Assembly (NCBI GenBank): GCA_051652765.1
Contig: JBOFUV010000087.1
Location: 1 to 56,907, forward strand
Direction: 5' to 3'
Length of the DNA: 56,907 nt
Source of the DNA: Microcoleaceae cyanobacterium
GTDB lineage: Bacteria; Cyanobacteriota; Cyanobacteriia; Cyanobacteriales; Microcoleaceae
The stretch's first letter is position 1. Every line of letters starts with the position of its first letter. The notes beneath the pieces are model-generated. The model was not told the origin of the DNA, did no database searches, and saw nothing but the letters and a program-made list of their open reading frames with translations. Both the position numbers and the translations under genes were made by a program. Below are positions 1-8,037 of this stretch, piece after piece.

Positions 1-157
1 TTGTCATGGATTCAGCTTTTTCTCTGAAGAAATCAAGCCTCTTTAAGTTTTCAGCTCTGAGCTTTTTGCTTTTACCCGCCAAAGATCCGCCAATAGCAAT
101 GAGCATCCAGGCCAATTCACGCTTTCTCTCTTCATCCAAGTCAACAAATTTACTCAT
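1..157 (-). CDS. Hypothetical protein, 3'-truncated by window edge (MSKFVDLDEERKRELAW...)
   Basis: Open from ATG at 157 to the window start; GGAGAAGG SD; start overlaps stop of 150..338. Confidence 0.6.
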   Translation of the reverse strand, partial: MSKFVDLDEERKRELAWMLIAIGGSLAGKSKKLRAENLKRLDFFREKAESMT

Positions 158-338
158 CGCCTTCTCCCTCTTCCACCACTTTGAAATCAAACTCAAACTT
201 CGCCTCCTTGATTCCCCCAACAAATAGCTTTTCAATCATCTCAGCAATGCCATCTGCGATTTCTTTTATCGTGTGAGAATTGTCAACCAAGGCAAAATCC
301 TTGATCAAACTTCCCGATTTAATGATTATTTTCGACAT
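150..338 (-). CDS. Small hypothetical phage protein
   Basis: 62 aa, coupled to neighbours in the leftward operon. Confidence 0.6.
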   Translation of the reverse strand: MSKIIIKSGSLIKDFALVDNSHTIKEIADGIAEMIEKLFVGGIKEAKFEFDFKVVEEGEGDE

Positions 339-535
339 CCTCTAAGCCTCTCCATTTGCTCAACAACTTTCAATCCAAATTCCATGCCCTGAGCCCTTTC
401 GAGGCTACAGGGCTTTCTTGGAATATATTTGATCACGGCATTCCAAAATCCAGATGACCATTCCTGATCATCTTCCAGCGAATTTCTGACGGAATTAATT
501 CTCCAAATAAATGAGTAAAATTCATGACTTGTCAT
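326..535 (-). CDS. Small hypothetical phage protein
   Basis: 69 aa, overlaps next ORF in operon. Confidence 0.6.
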   Translation of the reverse strand: MTSHEFYSFIWRINSVRNSLEDDQEWSSGFWNAVIKYIPRKPCSLERAQGMEFGLKVVEQMERLRGCRK

Positions 536-564
536 AATCCGTCAGAATTAATTGCAAATAGTGG

Positions 565-774
565 TCAGATTTTCAAATTTATCGGCTTGGTTCGATAAAT
601 TTGAAAATCTTTGTCGGGGAGAACTGCATTAAGAGCTTCAATATAAGCCCTCAGCTTTATATTCTCAGCAGATAGAGCATCCAACTTTTGCTGATTTCCC
701 CAAGCCATCCAAGCTAAGGATGCAACGGCAATTGATAGCCCCATTTTTCGCCACAGTTCATCTTCATCAATCAT
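565..774 (-). CDS. Small membrane-anchored coiled-coil protein
   Basis: Start moved to ATG 774 (GAGGAG SD); hydrophobic LSIAVASLAWMAW then heptad-like segment. Confidence 0.6.
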   Translation of the reverse strand: MIDEDELWRKMGLSIAVASLAWMAWGNQQKLDALSAENIKLRAYIEALNAVLPDKDFQIYRTKPINLKI

Positions 775-1102
775 GCTGACTCCTCTCAAATTCTTCGGGG
801 CTAACAATTGGAAAGATACCGATACTTGCAGCTTTCAAGAGCCAAAGACTAAAAGAATCAGGACATCTTAAACTCCTGATTGTGCCAATCAGGAGAAACC
901 TTGTATGATTTTCGGAATCCTCCAAGACTCTCTCCCAGCAAGGAGCTGCAAGATAATAGCTGAAATATTCCCGAACAATTGCCATTTGATCATCGTCAGC
1001 GTAACCAGTTTTGACATGGTAGACTGCTTTCTCAAGGCTATGAGATCCTTGCAAATGGTAATGGTAGGGATGGCCTTCGGGAGAGGTGTAGCCACTAGTC
1101 AT
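767..1102 (-). CDS. Hypothetical phage protein
   Basis: 111 aa; ATGA overlap with 1099..1527. Confidence 0.65.
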   Translation of the reverse strand: MTSGYTSPEGHPYHYHLQGSHSLEKAVYHVKTGYADDDQMAIVREYFSYYLAAPCWERVLEDSENHTRFLLIGTIRSLRCPDSFSLWLLKAASIGIFPIVSPEEFERSQHD

Positions 1103-1527
1103 GATTCACCTCTCCTTGCATTTGCCTCAATTTGATTGACTGCTCGCCTCAACTGCTTCACAAAGCTCAGCAGCAAGTCTGAAGTTTCAGAGTTCCGGCG
1201 CTCGGCTTTGACATCCAACAGAATTGTTGCCGTCGCTCTCAGTAACTGGTCGATCAGGCTCAAACCTTCCCAGGAATTGAGATACTCCCAGGATGGATCT
1301 GGATCAGCCCCTAGCAGCTCAGGCACTTCAAAAGCCCCGATCGACTGACGATTGATAATTGATTCAACCTCCATGGCATCATCCCCATGGAGCAACACAT
1401 CAACGCCACTCTTTAGAACAACCCGAATCTGTGGGCTAGCATCCCCTTTGACAAAAATCTCAGCATATTCAATCAGGGCAATTTCATCAATATCTATCCA
1501 TTGCCTTGAGAGTTTGATTATTCGCAT
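1099..1527 (-). CDS. Hypothetical phage protein
   Basis: 142 aa; GAGGAG SD; coupled to neighbours. Confidence 0.65.
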   Translation of the reverse strand: MRIIKLSRQWIDIDEIALIEYAEIFVKGDASPQIRVVLKSGVDVLLHGDDAMEVESIINRQSIGAFEVPELLGADPDPSWEYLNSWEGLSLIDQLLRATATILLDVKAERRNSETSDLLLSFVKQLRRAVNQIEANARRGES

Positions 1528-1757
1528 AGGGCAATCTCCTCAGCCGACATGATCTTGTTAGCCTGAACGTAGAAATTTTCCTCTAGGGCAAATTTCACAA
1601 GATTGGGCCCCAATTGGATCATCACGGCTATTAACTGAGAGAACTCCTCAACCTCCTGAACAGAAAGTTGATACGGCAGCTCTACCCGCTTATTGAATCT
1701 GTTGGACTCAAGGGTGAAAGAGCATCCAGGATCGATCTGGAAAGTGCTTAGTTGCAT
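1518..1757 (-). CDS. Hypothetical protein, first gene of leftward operon
   Basis: AGGAGA SD before ATG 1757. Confidence 0.65.
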   Translation of the reverse strand: MQLSTFQIDPGCSFTLESNRFNKRVELPYQLSVQEVEEFSQLIAVMIQLGPNLVKFALEENFYVQANKIMSAEEIALCE

Positions 1758-1911
1758 TAATTTCTCCTGATTTGATGAAGGAAAGGGGCAGGAAAGCCCC
1801 AGTTATGTGTTTGATTCGGCTATGCAGTAGATTTGTGCTGTTTTTTTCGTCTAGGCAGATCCTTAACTCAACAGATGCCCCCAACAGCAGGTGGCTGGAT
1901 TTGGGGAATAT

Positions 1912-2000
1912 TTAAATCACTATCTTATATAAGATAGTGATTTAACCTTAGCGTCTTATATAATAAAATGTCAACACATTTTTGCTATCTTATAGAAGAT
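1912..2000. promoter_or_regulatory. Divergent control region: perfect 34-bp palindrome plus two degenerate TCTTATA operator-like copies
   Basis: TTAAATCACTATCTTAT|ATAAGATAGTGATTTAA at 1912-1945; TCTTATATAA at 1954; TATCTTATAGAAGAT at 1986. Confidence 0.7.
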
Positions 2001-2012
2001 GAGGTGGGATCA

Positions 2013-2366
2013 GTGAATGAAGAAAACAGGAAATCTGAAATACGGTCAGCTCAAAAAAGGAGCGGGGATTGCCCTGACTCCAGACGGAAAGAAGGGACTA
2101 GAAAACTTGGCACAAAAACTAGACCTGAGCGTTTCGGAATTGGTGGAACAAATTGGGAGAGGATTAATCCCGTTATCCTTGCCCAACTTAATGGGGGAAT
2201 TTTAGGCCAGTCAATACAAGATGCTCAGGCCAGACTAGCTGAGTGTGAAGAGTGTATTGTCTGGTATGGAAATCAAAAGCAAAAAATTCTGAAGCAACTT
2301 GAGAACTTACAGCAGTTGCAGGAATTGTCTTTACAGCTTTATGAAAGTAACGAAGAAGAAGAATGA
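2013..2366 (+). CDS. Overlapping ORF with C-terminal coiled coil
   Basis: GTG at 2013 after the same SD; heptad-rich C-terminus (ILKQLENLQQLQELSLQL); terminator directly after its stop. Confidence 0.55.
   Translation: MNEENRKSEIRSAQKRSGDCPDSRRKEGTRKLGTKTRPERFGIGGTNWERINPVILAQLNGGILGQSIQDAQARLAECEECIVWYGNQKQKILKQLENLQQLQELSLQLYESNEEEE
2017..2205 (+). CDS. Ribbon-helix-helix (CopG-like) DNA-binding protein
   Basis: Alternating beta strand GAGIALT, helix, then LAQKLDLSVSELVEQIGRG typical of RHH; GAGGTGG SD at 2001. Confidence 0.7.
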   Translation: MKKTGNLKYGQLKKGAGIALTPDGKKGLENLAQKLDLSVSELVEQIGRGLIPLSLPNLMGEF

Positions 2367-2371
2367 TAATC

Positions 2372-2402
2372 ACAAAGCCAGCATCTTAGATGCTGGCTTT
2401 GT
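2372..2402 (+). terminator. Intrinsic terminator-like hairpin
   Basis: ACAAAGCCAGCATCT-T-AGATGCTGGCTTTGT perfect 15-bp inverted repeat. Confidence 0.7.
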
Positions 2403-2547
2403 TGTTGAAGGCAGATTGATTAGACTTCCGTCCGTGCTTCCTCACTGCGATCGCGCCGAACCCGATAAAGACTCCACCGCGATTTCTTGCCATGGTGGTG
2501 TTTGTCATTTTTAACAAGCACTGCCCCCAGTTCATGATTTAATCCCT

Positions 2548-2889
2548 AAATAATTCGTCCCCCAAAAAATCTTCCCACCCCAGAACCAGTAATGACATCA
2601 CAACTTACCCTCGGGTTCGCCCAACCCCTCAACAATCACGCTCGCCTTTCCTCAGTCATCATCAAAGAGCGGGATGAGCCAATGATCCTTCAGTTCCTTG
2701 AGGGGAATCCCGGCCTCACCCACAAACAACTTTTGAAGCTCCTCAACCAGGATCGCCCCTCGCCTATTTCCGCCGATCAACTTAGAAGATTCATCATCCA
2801 ATTGGAAGATGAAGGGAAGGTTGGCTTGTACCAAATAATTCGTCCCCCAAAAAAAGAAGCACCGCATCAAAATTTTGGGGGACGAATTA
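2548..2889. repeat. Three copies of (AAA)TAATTCGTCCCCCAAAA(AA): direct at 2548-2569 and 2833-2854, inverted at 2873-2889
   Basis: Exact matches read from sequence. Confidence 0.9.
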
Positions 2890-3137
2890 ATTTAAGAGTC
2901 CATTGGGCCAAGGCAGGCGGGAAAGCCAAGGGAGATCATAAATATCCATGGCTGTACGACGGTAGCAAACCAATTAAATATATTGGCGGTGGCAACGAGA
3001 AATCCCCCACCGCCCAGGCGCGAGTCGAACTGGTTGAGGATTGGATCAAGCAAGGGTTAGGGAAGGATGAGATCATTGGCTTGATTCCGAAGCTTCAGAC
3101 CCATCTGAAAAAGAAGCTCAAGAGAAGTCAGAGCTAA
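2592..3137 (+). CDS. Putative DNA-binding protein (N-terminal winged helix, basic C-terminal domain)
   Basis: ILQFLEGNPGLTHKQLLKLL...LRRFIIQLEDEGKV wHTH pattern. Confidence 0.6.
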   Translation: MTSQLTLGFAQPLNNHARLSSVIIKERDEPMILQFLEGNPGLTHKQLLKLLNQDRPSPISADQLRRFIIQLEDEGKVGLYQIIRPPKKEAPHQNFGGRINLRVHWAKAGGKAKGDHKYPWLYDGSKPIKYIGGGNEKSPTAQARVELVEDWIKQGLGKDEIIGLIPKLQTHLKKKLKRSQS

Positions 3138-3166
3138 AATCAAAACATGATTCAACCATCAAGGCC

Positions 3167-3469
3167 ATGAAACTCGAAATTCTTCACCCCACAGTCATCA
3201 AGATCAAACCGATTGACTCTAGCCTGCTTCCAGATAATGAGAAAACCAATGCGATCACTGGAGATATTCATGAAGTGGAGGAGATTGCAGAAGAGCGAGG
3301 CCACTTCAAATTCAAGCTAGCAGCTCCGCTTATCGGAAATCACCTGTTTAAATTTCATTGCAGAGCCTTAGGAACAAGTGACAGCCTGCCAGATGAAGTC
3401 AAGCTAGAGGTTGATTGCAAGAACCAGTTGGGCAACAATCAAAACATGATTCAACCATCAAGGCCATGA
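3167..3469 (+). CDS. Truncated duplicate of C39 peptidase N-terminal domain (possible pseudogene)
   Basis: Paralogous to first ~95 aa of 3466..4209; lacks catalytic domain. Confidence 0.65.
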   Translation: MKLEILHPTVIKIKPIDSSLLPDNEKTNAITGDIHEVEEIAEERGHFKFKLAAPLIGNHLFKFHCRALGTSDSLPDEVKLEVDCKNQLGNNQNMIQPSRP

Positions 3470-4209
3470 AACTCGAAATTCTTCACCCCACAGTCGTCAA
3501 GCTCAAGCCGATTGACTCTAATCTGCTTCCAGATAATGAGAAAGTAAATGCAATCGTTGGAGATATCCATGAAGCAGAGGTCATTACAGAAGAACGAGGA
3601 CACTTCAAATTTAAGCCAGCAGCTCCCTTGATTGGTGAACACATCTACTACTACCTATTCAAAGCCCATTGCAGAGTTTTTGGAACAAATGATCGGATGC
3701 CAGAAGAGGTCAAGCTAGAAGTTTCATACAAATCTCAATTAGATAATCAATTCAACCCAACAGGATCGTGCAACGTTACCAGCGTTGCCACCGTGCTTGC
3801 CTACCTGGGAGCTGAGCCAGCTAAAAATATGCAACTGGAGGATGAACTCTACCAGCAATGCATTGATTTTGGTTGGAGCCGTCACTCCCCTGGCGATTTA
3901 GCGAAGCTTGTTGAGCGACGAGGATATTCAGATGAATTCAGAATGGAGGCCAGCATCGATGCTGTGAGAAACTGGCTAGCCGAGCGCCGGATTCCAGTAG
4001 TAACCCATGGATATTTCACCAGTTTTGGGCACATAATTGTGCTGGTTGGCTACAACTCTTCTGGGTTCTGGGTTCATGATCCCTATGGGGAGTGGTTCTC
4101 AGGCGGTTATCGTACCGATTTGAGCGGCGCTTACTGTTTCTATTCCTATCGCTTGATCAGACGACTCTGTATGCCAGACGGCAACTTCTGGGTTCATTTC
4201 ATCAGTTAG
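3466..4209 (+). CDS. C39-family cysteine peptidase, candidate cell-wall hydrolase/endolysin
   Basis: QLDN...GSCNVTS (Cys), GHIIV (His), HDP (Asp); start set to ATG 3466 by comparison with duplicate. Confidence 0.8.
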   Translation: MKLEILHPTVVKLKPIDSNLLPDNEKVNAIVGDIHEAEVITEERGHFKFKPAAPLIGEHIYYYLFKAHCRVFGTNDRMPEEVKLEVSYKSQLDNQFNPTGSCNVTSVATVLAYLGAEPAKNMQLEDELYQQCIDFGWSRHSPGDLAKLVERRGYSDEFRMEASIDAVRNWLAERRIPVVTHGYFTSFGHIIVLVGYNSSGFWVHDPYGEWFSGGYRTDLSGAYCFYSYRLIRRLCMPDGNFWVHFIS

Positions 4210-4496
4210 CCCTGACAAGTTTTTTAGAGGCAATAAATCAAGCAATTTCACGGGTCATGAAATATAATGGAAGTGAATTATATAGCCGATTCAAATCAAT
4301 ATCTACAATCCCAATATTTTCTACTCTAAAAAACTAGAGTATTGCTCTTTTAGTTAAAAGAGCAAGCAAGAGTTAACCGACGAAAACCCTGCTATAGAAG
4401 GGTTAAGACTCTATAAGTTAATATCAATCATCATTCTGCCATTGCTGTTATCTTTTATAATCATTGAAACAGCAACAGAAACAAGCCCCTACAAAG

Positions 4497-5087
4497 ATGA
4501 AGAATAATAGGTCTGGAGCCGCAGCAATCATAACAGATTTGGAATATGAAAAGATCTACGAAAACCTTTCAACTTCCCAGCAAAAACTGATTCTGTCCTT
4601 ACTCCGTTACACCGGCGAACGAATTGGGGCAGTAATTCAGCTCAAAGTGACAGACTGCTACTCTACGCCTTGGGATGCTAAACCTTTGCCTGAAATCACC
4701 TACAAAGCCCTAACTCGAAAGCGCAGCGCCGGGAAAGATGCAAAAACTAGACAGATTCCCGTCAGCAGGGCCCTGTACTTCGAGCTGAACAACTATCAAC
4801 CCCCACCAGGTGGATTTTTATTCCCCTCACCCCAGAATCTTGGATGCCACGTAACTCGTCAATGGGTGGATCTTTGGTTCAGGAAATCTCTCAAAGCATC
4901 GGGGCTAGCACGCAGGGGGATCAGTTTGCATTCGCCTAGGAGGACATTGATCACAAAACTGGCTCAAGAAGGAGTCCCGGTTCCAGTAATCCGCGCCATC
5001 ACAGGCCATCAGAGTATTGATGTGCTGATTCGTCATTACGTCGAAAATGACGAACAGACAATCAAAAGAGCAATGGAGCTTATTTAG
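4497..5087 (+). CDS. Tyrosine recombinase, catalytic domain only (Xer/integrase family)
   Basis: YTGER (Arg), HSPRR (H-x-x-R), TGH, RHY (Tyr); start at MKNNRSG. Confidence 0.9.
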   Translation: MKNNRSGAAAIITDLEYEKIYENLSTSQQKLILSLLRYTGERIGAVIQLKVTDCYSTPWDAKPLPEITYKALTRKRSAGKDAKTRQIPVSRALYFELNNYQPPPGGFLFPSPQNLGCHVTRQWVDLWFRKSLKASGLARRGISLHSPRRTLITKLAQEGVPVPVIRAITGHQSIDVLIRHYVENDEQTIKRAMELI

Positions 5088-5388
5088 GCAGTCGAGCTTC
5101 ATAGAGCTTCTGTGCTGCCGTCGTGATTGCAGCCCTTTGCAGAAGCTGGGTTGCCTCCGCTAACCCTGGAAATTTTAATTCCAATTCCTCAACCGTTCCA
5201 ATCGAGAAAAATTGCCCTAGAGGGGTGGAGTTTTCCATATACCCAATTGTCTGATCTGGAAAATTTTCATCAATAATCGCAATTCCTTTATGGCAAATTT
5301 GCCATGAAGCCTGAGTAAGATTTCCGTTGTATAAAATCTCGCTGCTTTGAATCCGAAAAAAATGGTCATTACCTTCGACGTAAGCCAT
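5080..5388 (-). CDS. Hypothetical protein downstream of fibre gene (possible assembly chaperone)
   Basis: GAGG SD before ATG 5388; position after fibre; function is inference. Confidence 0.6.
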   Translation of the reverse strand: MAYVEGNDHFFRIQSSEILYNGNLTQASWQICHKGIAIIDENFPDQTIGYMENSTPLGQFFSIGTVEELELKFPGLAEATQLLQRAAITTAAQKLYEARLPK

Positions 5389-5408
5389 GTTTATGTCCTC
5401 TAAAAAAA

Positions 5409-6506
5409 TCAAACATACTTGATGGTTTTGGTGGTCTCGTCTCTCCACAATTGTCCACTAGTTAGCCCATTCGCAGAAGTGGGCAACATCCCCAACCAGA
5501 ACCTTGAGGCCCAACAATTCACACTGATTTCATTGTTCGAGTTGTTTGAAATCATTTGAAGGATATTTTGAGAAGTGCCTCTACCACAATTGAACTCATA
5601 GAGTGTTTGCTTTTTTGCAGCGGCATTGTTTGAGAAGTACCCCCATCTAAAGAAGTTGTCTTTGTTTGCCGAGTTATAAATATCGCTCCATAATAGGGCA
5701 AAGTTTGCATCGGACGATCCGAGGATGCTTGAGCATCCCCCCAACGAGATCTTATTGGAAAAAATCTCTCCATTCCCAATCCCAACTCCTGGCAGGATGA
5801 GCGCCCCCGTCGTAGTTGATGTTGCGGCGCTGGTGGAATTTAGGTTAAGGGAAGGAGCGGAGATATTCCCCGAAAAGTTCGCCCCCGCTAAATTAGCCGG
5901 AGAATAACCCAAAGCGGCAGTCACAGCCTGATTTGTCACGGTTGCACTGCTGCCAGTGTTTCCTCTGGGAATTGCAAAATCCAGAATAGCAGAGTTGGTT
6001 GTTCCCGAATTCGTGACGCTGGCAGAGCTTCCTGGAAGCCCCGTTGTTACGGTGCCAACACGAACCTCAGCAGCATACCCTGGCGGCCCAAGCAATTCTT
6101 CATAAGGCGGCCTGTTTTCAATCCGTTCCCAGTCAACAGTCGGCCCCAGTAGGGGCTGATACTCGTAGCCGATTAAAACGTCTAGGAATTCCCCCTCCGC
6201 CAAGGCCCTCCCCAGCCCCGCACGAATTCGTTGATCTGCTGCAAGTCGAAGGCGATCAGCAAAAATTTCCAAGCTGACAATGCTGGAAGTGATCGCGAGC
6301 TGTCGAGTCAGCAAAAATGCCAGTCCCTCTAAGTCAAGGATGAAGATCTCTAGGTTCAAGGGGCTAGCGACTCGATAAGTAAGTCGAACTTGGCTTACTA
6401 CAAAGTGAACCGGATCACCGGTTTGAATAATTTCCCGTGGGCTGGCAAACTGCTGAATCGCAGTCCCCCCCGATTGAAACCGATGAATAAACGAGCCTGT
6501 AGCCAT
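5409..6506 (-). CDS. Phage fibre/spike-like protein
   Basis: Fibre motifs VDWERIENRP, VGTVTTGLPGSSASVTNSGT..AILDFAIPRG, VTAALGYSPANLAGANFSG, STTTGAL, LPTSANGLTSGQLWRD. Confidence 0.8.
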   Translation of the reverse strand: MATGSFIHRFQSGGTAIQQFASPREIIQTGDPVHFVVSQVRLTYRVASPLNLEIFILDLEGLAFLLTRQLAITSSIVSLEIFADRLRLAADQRIRAGLGRALAEGEFLDVLIGYEYQPLLGPTVDWERIENRPPYEELLGPPGYAAEVRVGTVTTGLPGSSASVTNSGTTNSAILDFAIPRGNTGSSATVTNQAVTAALGYSPANLAGANFSGNISAPSLNLNSTSAATSTTTGALILPGVGIGNGEIFSNKISLGGCSSILGSSDANFALLWSDIYNSANKDNFFRWGYFSNNAAAKKQTLYEFNCGRGTSQNILQMISNNSNNEISVNCWASRFWLGMLPTSANGLTSGQLWRDETTKTIKYV

Positions 6507-6538
6507 AATAAAATAAGAAAAATATTTATAACTATTAC

Positions 6539-7084
6539 ATGCAATTCAATCCAGGAACGGGAACACCCAGTATCGTTGCTACAACAGCCGAAAATCAATT
6601 TTTCAATCTAGCAGCAATGTGTCAGGAATTTGAACGGTCGGCAGATAAAAATCCCAATGAAGCCTCAATTGTTATCAGTTCTCTAGATCAGGATGAAGCC
6701 TCATTCTCGGGGCAATGCACCATTTATTCCTATCACGAATTAATTGAGGGAAAATCTACTTTTACCTACCCAGATCCTTACAAGCAAACTATTTACTCGG
6801 AGGGAGTCGGGGGAGATGGCAACGCTTTAAACTATTCTCACGCCTTAGCGGAGAGGGCGCTAATTTTGATCCGAGCTGAAAGAAAAACAGCAAACAATCC
6901 CAATGCCATAGCAACAAAGTTCAACACGGTTCAATGGCAGCTTCAGGATCAGGCATTAAATAGTCCCGCAGCTCACAATTGCATTCTTAGTTTCTCATTT
7001 TCCTTGCCGATTGATACTGTTAGCAATGGTGGCTCTGTAACGATAACAGCAAGAGAATATTTAATCGGAGCCGTTGAGAGTTAA
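6539..7084 (+). CDS. Hypothetical (putative virion) protein with internal two-fold repeat
   Basis: 181 aa; ERSADKNPN and ERKTANNPN halves. Confidence 0.65.
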   Translation: MQFNPGTGTPSIVATTAENQFFNLAAMCQEFERSADKNPNEASIVISSLDQDEASFSGQCTIYSYHELIEGKSTFTYPDPYKQTIYSEGVGGDGNALNYSHALAERALILIRAERKTANNPNAIATKFNTVQWQLQDQALNSPAAHNCILSFSFSLPIDTVSNGGSVTITAREYLIGAVES

Positions 7085-8031
7085 AAGCCAGTCAATGTAA
7101 AAGTTCCCCCCTGGTAAGGATCGCCCTCATTTCTCGTATATCCCGTAATGATGCAAGTGTCATAATATCCAGTCTGTAGCGATTTAGCAGCAAACCGACC
7201 AATATACTTCGTCATAGTGGGTTGAAGCTTGATGGTGGTGTTTTCTTCAACATTGGCGGCCCAACCATCTCGCGTAAGCAATCCAGACAGCGCAGAGCTA
7301 AGGGTGCTAGATTCAGGATTAATGAGGTCGCTGGCAACCGTTGCCAGCAATTGCACCAACTTAGACAGAGAAATCCATTGAAAGCTGACCGGGCTACTTA
7401 AATCGTAGTTAGCTCCAGAAAAGCTGACATTGAAGTTTAGTTCAAGCCCAGGCTGAAACTGGTCAATTGCTGCAAGCTTATATCCAGTGATACCCTCATC
7501 TGACTCAAGGAAGCTGACTAGGTTTTCATTAAAGGTGCTATCGTCACTGTCATAAAATTCTGAGAGTGGGTTTTCGTAATTGCCCCCAGTCCCAACAAGT
7601 AGTCCAACTTTCACGGGTACAGGCATTTCCTCAACTCCTAGTGCAAATGGAATTCCTTTATCAGATCTGACAAGAGCGAATAAATCGCCGTCTCCATCAA
7701 CCATAATAAAAGTCTTTCCATCAATCGTCTTAGTAAAAGATTCCCCAGGGGCAAGAGGAAAACTTATTTCTGTTCCCTGATTAAATCCAATGCTAATAGT
7801 CATAATTTTGTCTGACTGATTGGTTAACCAGATTTCCTGAGTTCGCTTATCCCCTGTTATGGGGATAACGGAGGTTTTGCCCGCTAAAGGGATTATTGCT
7901 GTGGCTGAATATTCAAGGTTTGGCGTGCCTATTCCAGATGCAATTAAAATTGAAATAGAAGTTTCTAGGCCATCAACCCGCTCTATTATTTCTAAAAAAT
8001 TGTTCCTGAAACTCGCATTTGTAATCGGCAT
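7081..8031 (-). CDS. Hypothetical (putative virion) protein with small beta-sandwich domain
   Basis: RTQEIWLTNQS..SFPLAPGESF; start ATG 8031 (alternative TTG-free upstream start 8049 in track). Confidence 0.65.
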   Translation of the reverse strand: MPITNASFRNNFLEIIERVDGLETSISILIASGIGTPNLEYSATAIIPLAGKTSVIPITGDKRTQEIWLTNQSDKIMTISIGFNQGTEISFPLAPGESFTKTIDGKTFIMVDGDGDLFALVRSDKGIPFALGVEEMPVPVKVGLLVGTGGNYENPLSEFYDSDDSTFNENLVSFLESDEGITGYKLAAIDQFQPGLELNFNVSFSGANYDLSSPVSFQWISLSKLVQLLATVASDLINPESSTLSSALSGLLTRDGWAANVEENTTIKLQPTMTKYIGRFAAKSLQTGYYDTCIITGYTRNEGDPYQGGTFTLTGF

Positions 8032-8037
8032 AGTGCA

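Noticed and set aside
1912..1945. Protelomerase (telRL) site
   Set aside because: No protelomerase recognised; position between divergent genes with degenerate copies fits an operator better; not fully excluded because the left part is unseen
3138..3750. Duplication as a DGR template/variable repeat pair
   Set aside because: Mismatches are not adenine-specific, include an indel, and no reverse transcriptase is in the window
4497..8037. Shufflon or invertible fibre cassette driven by the recombinase
   Set aside because: I found no repeated crossover sites at the orientation switches and no alternative fibre C-termini
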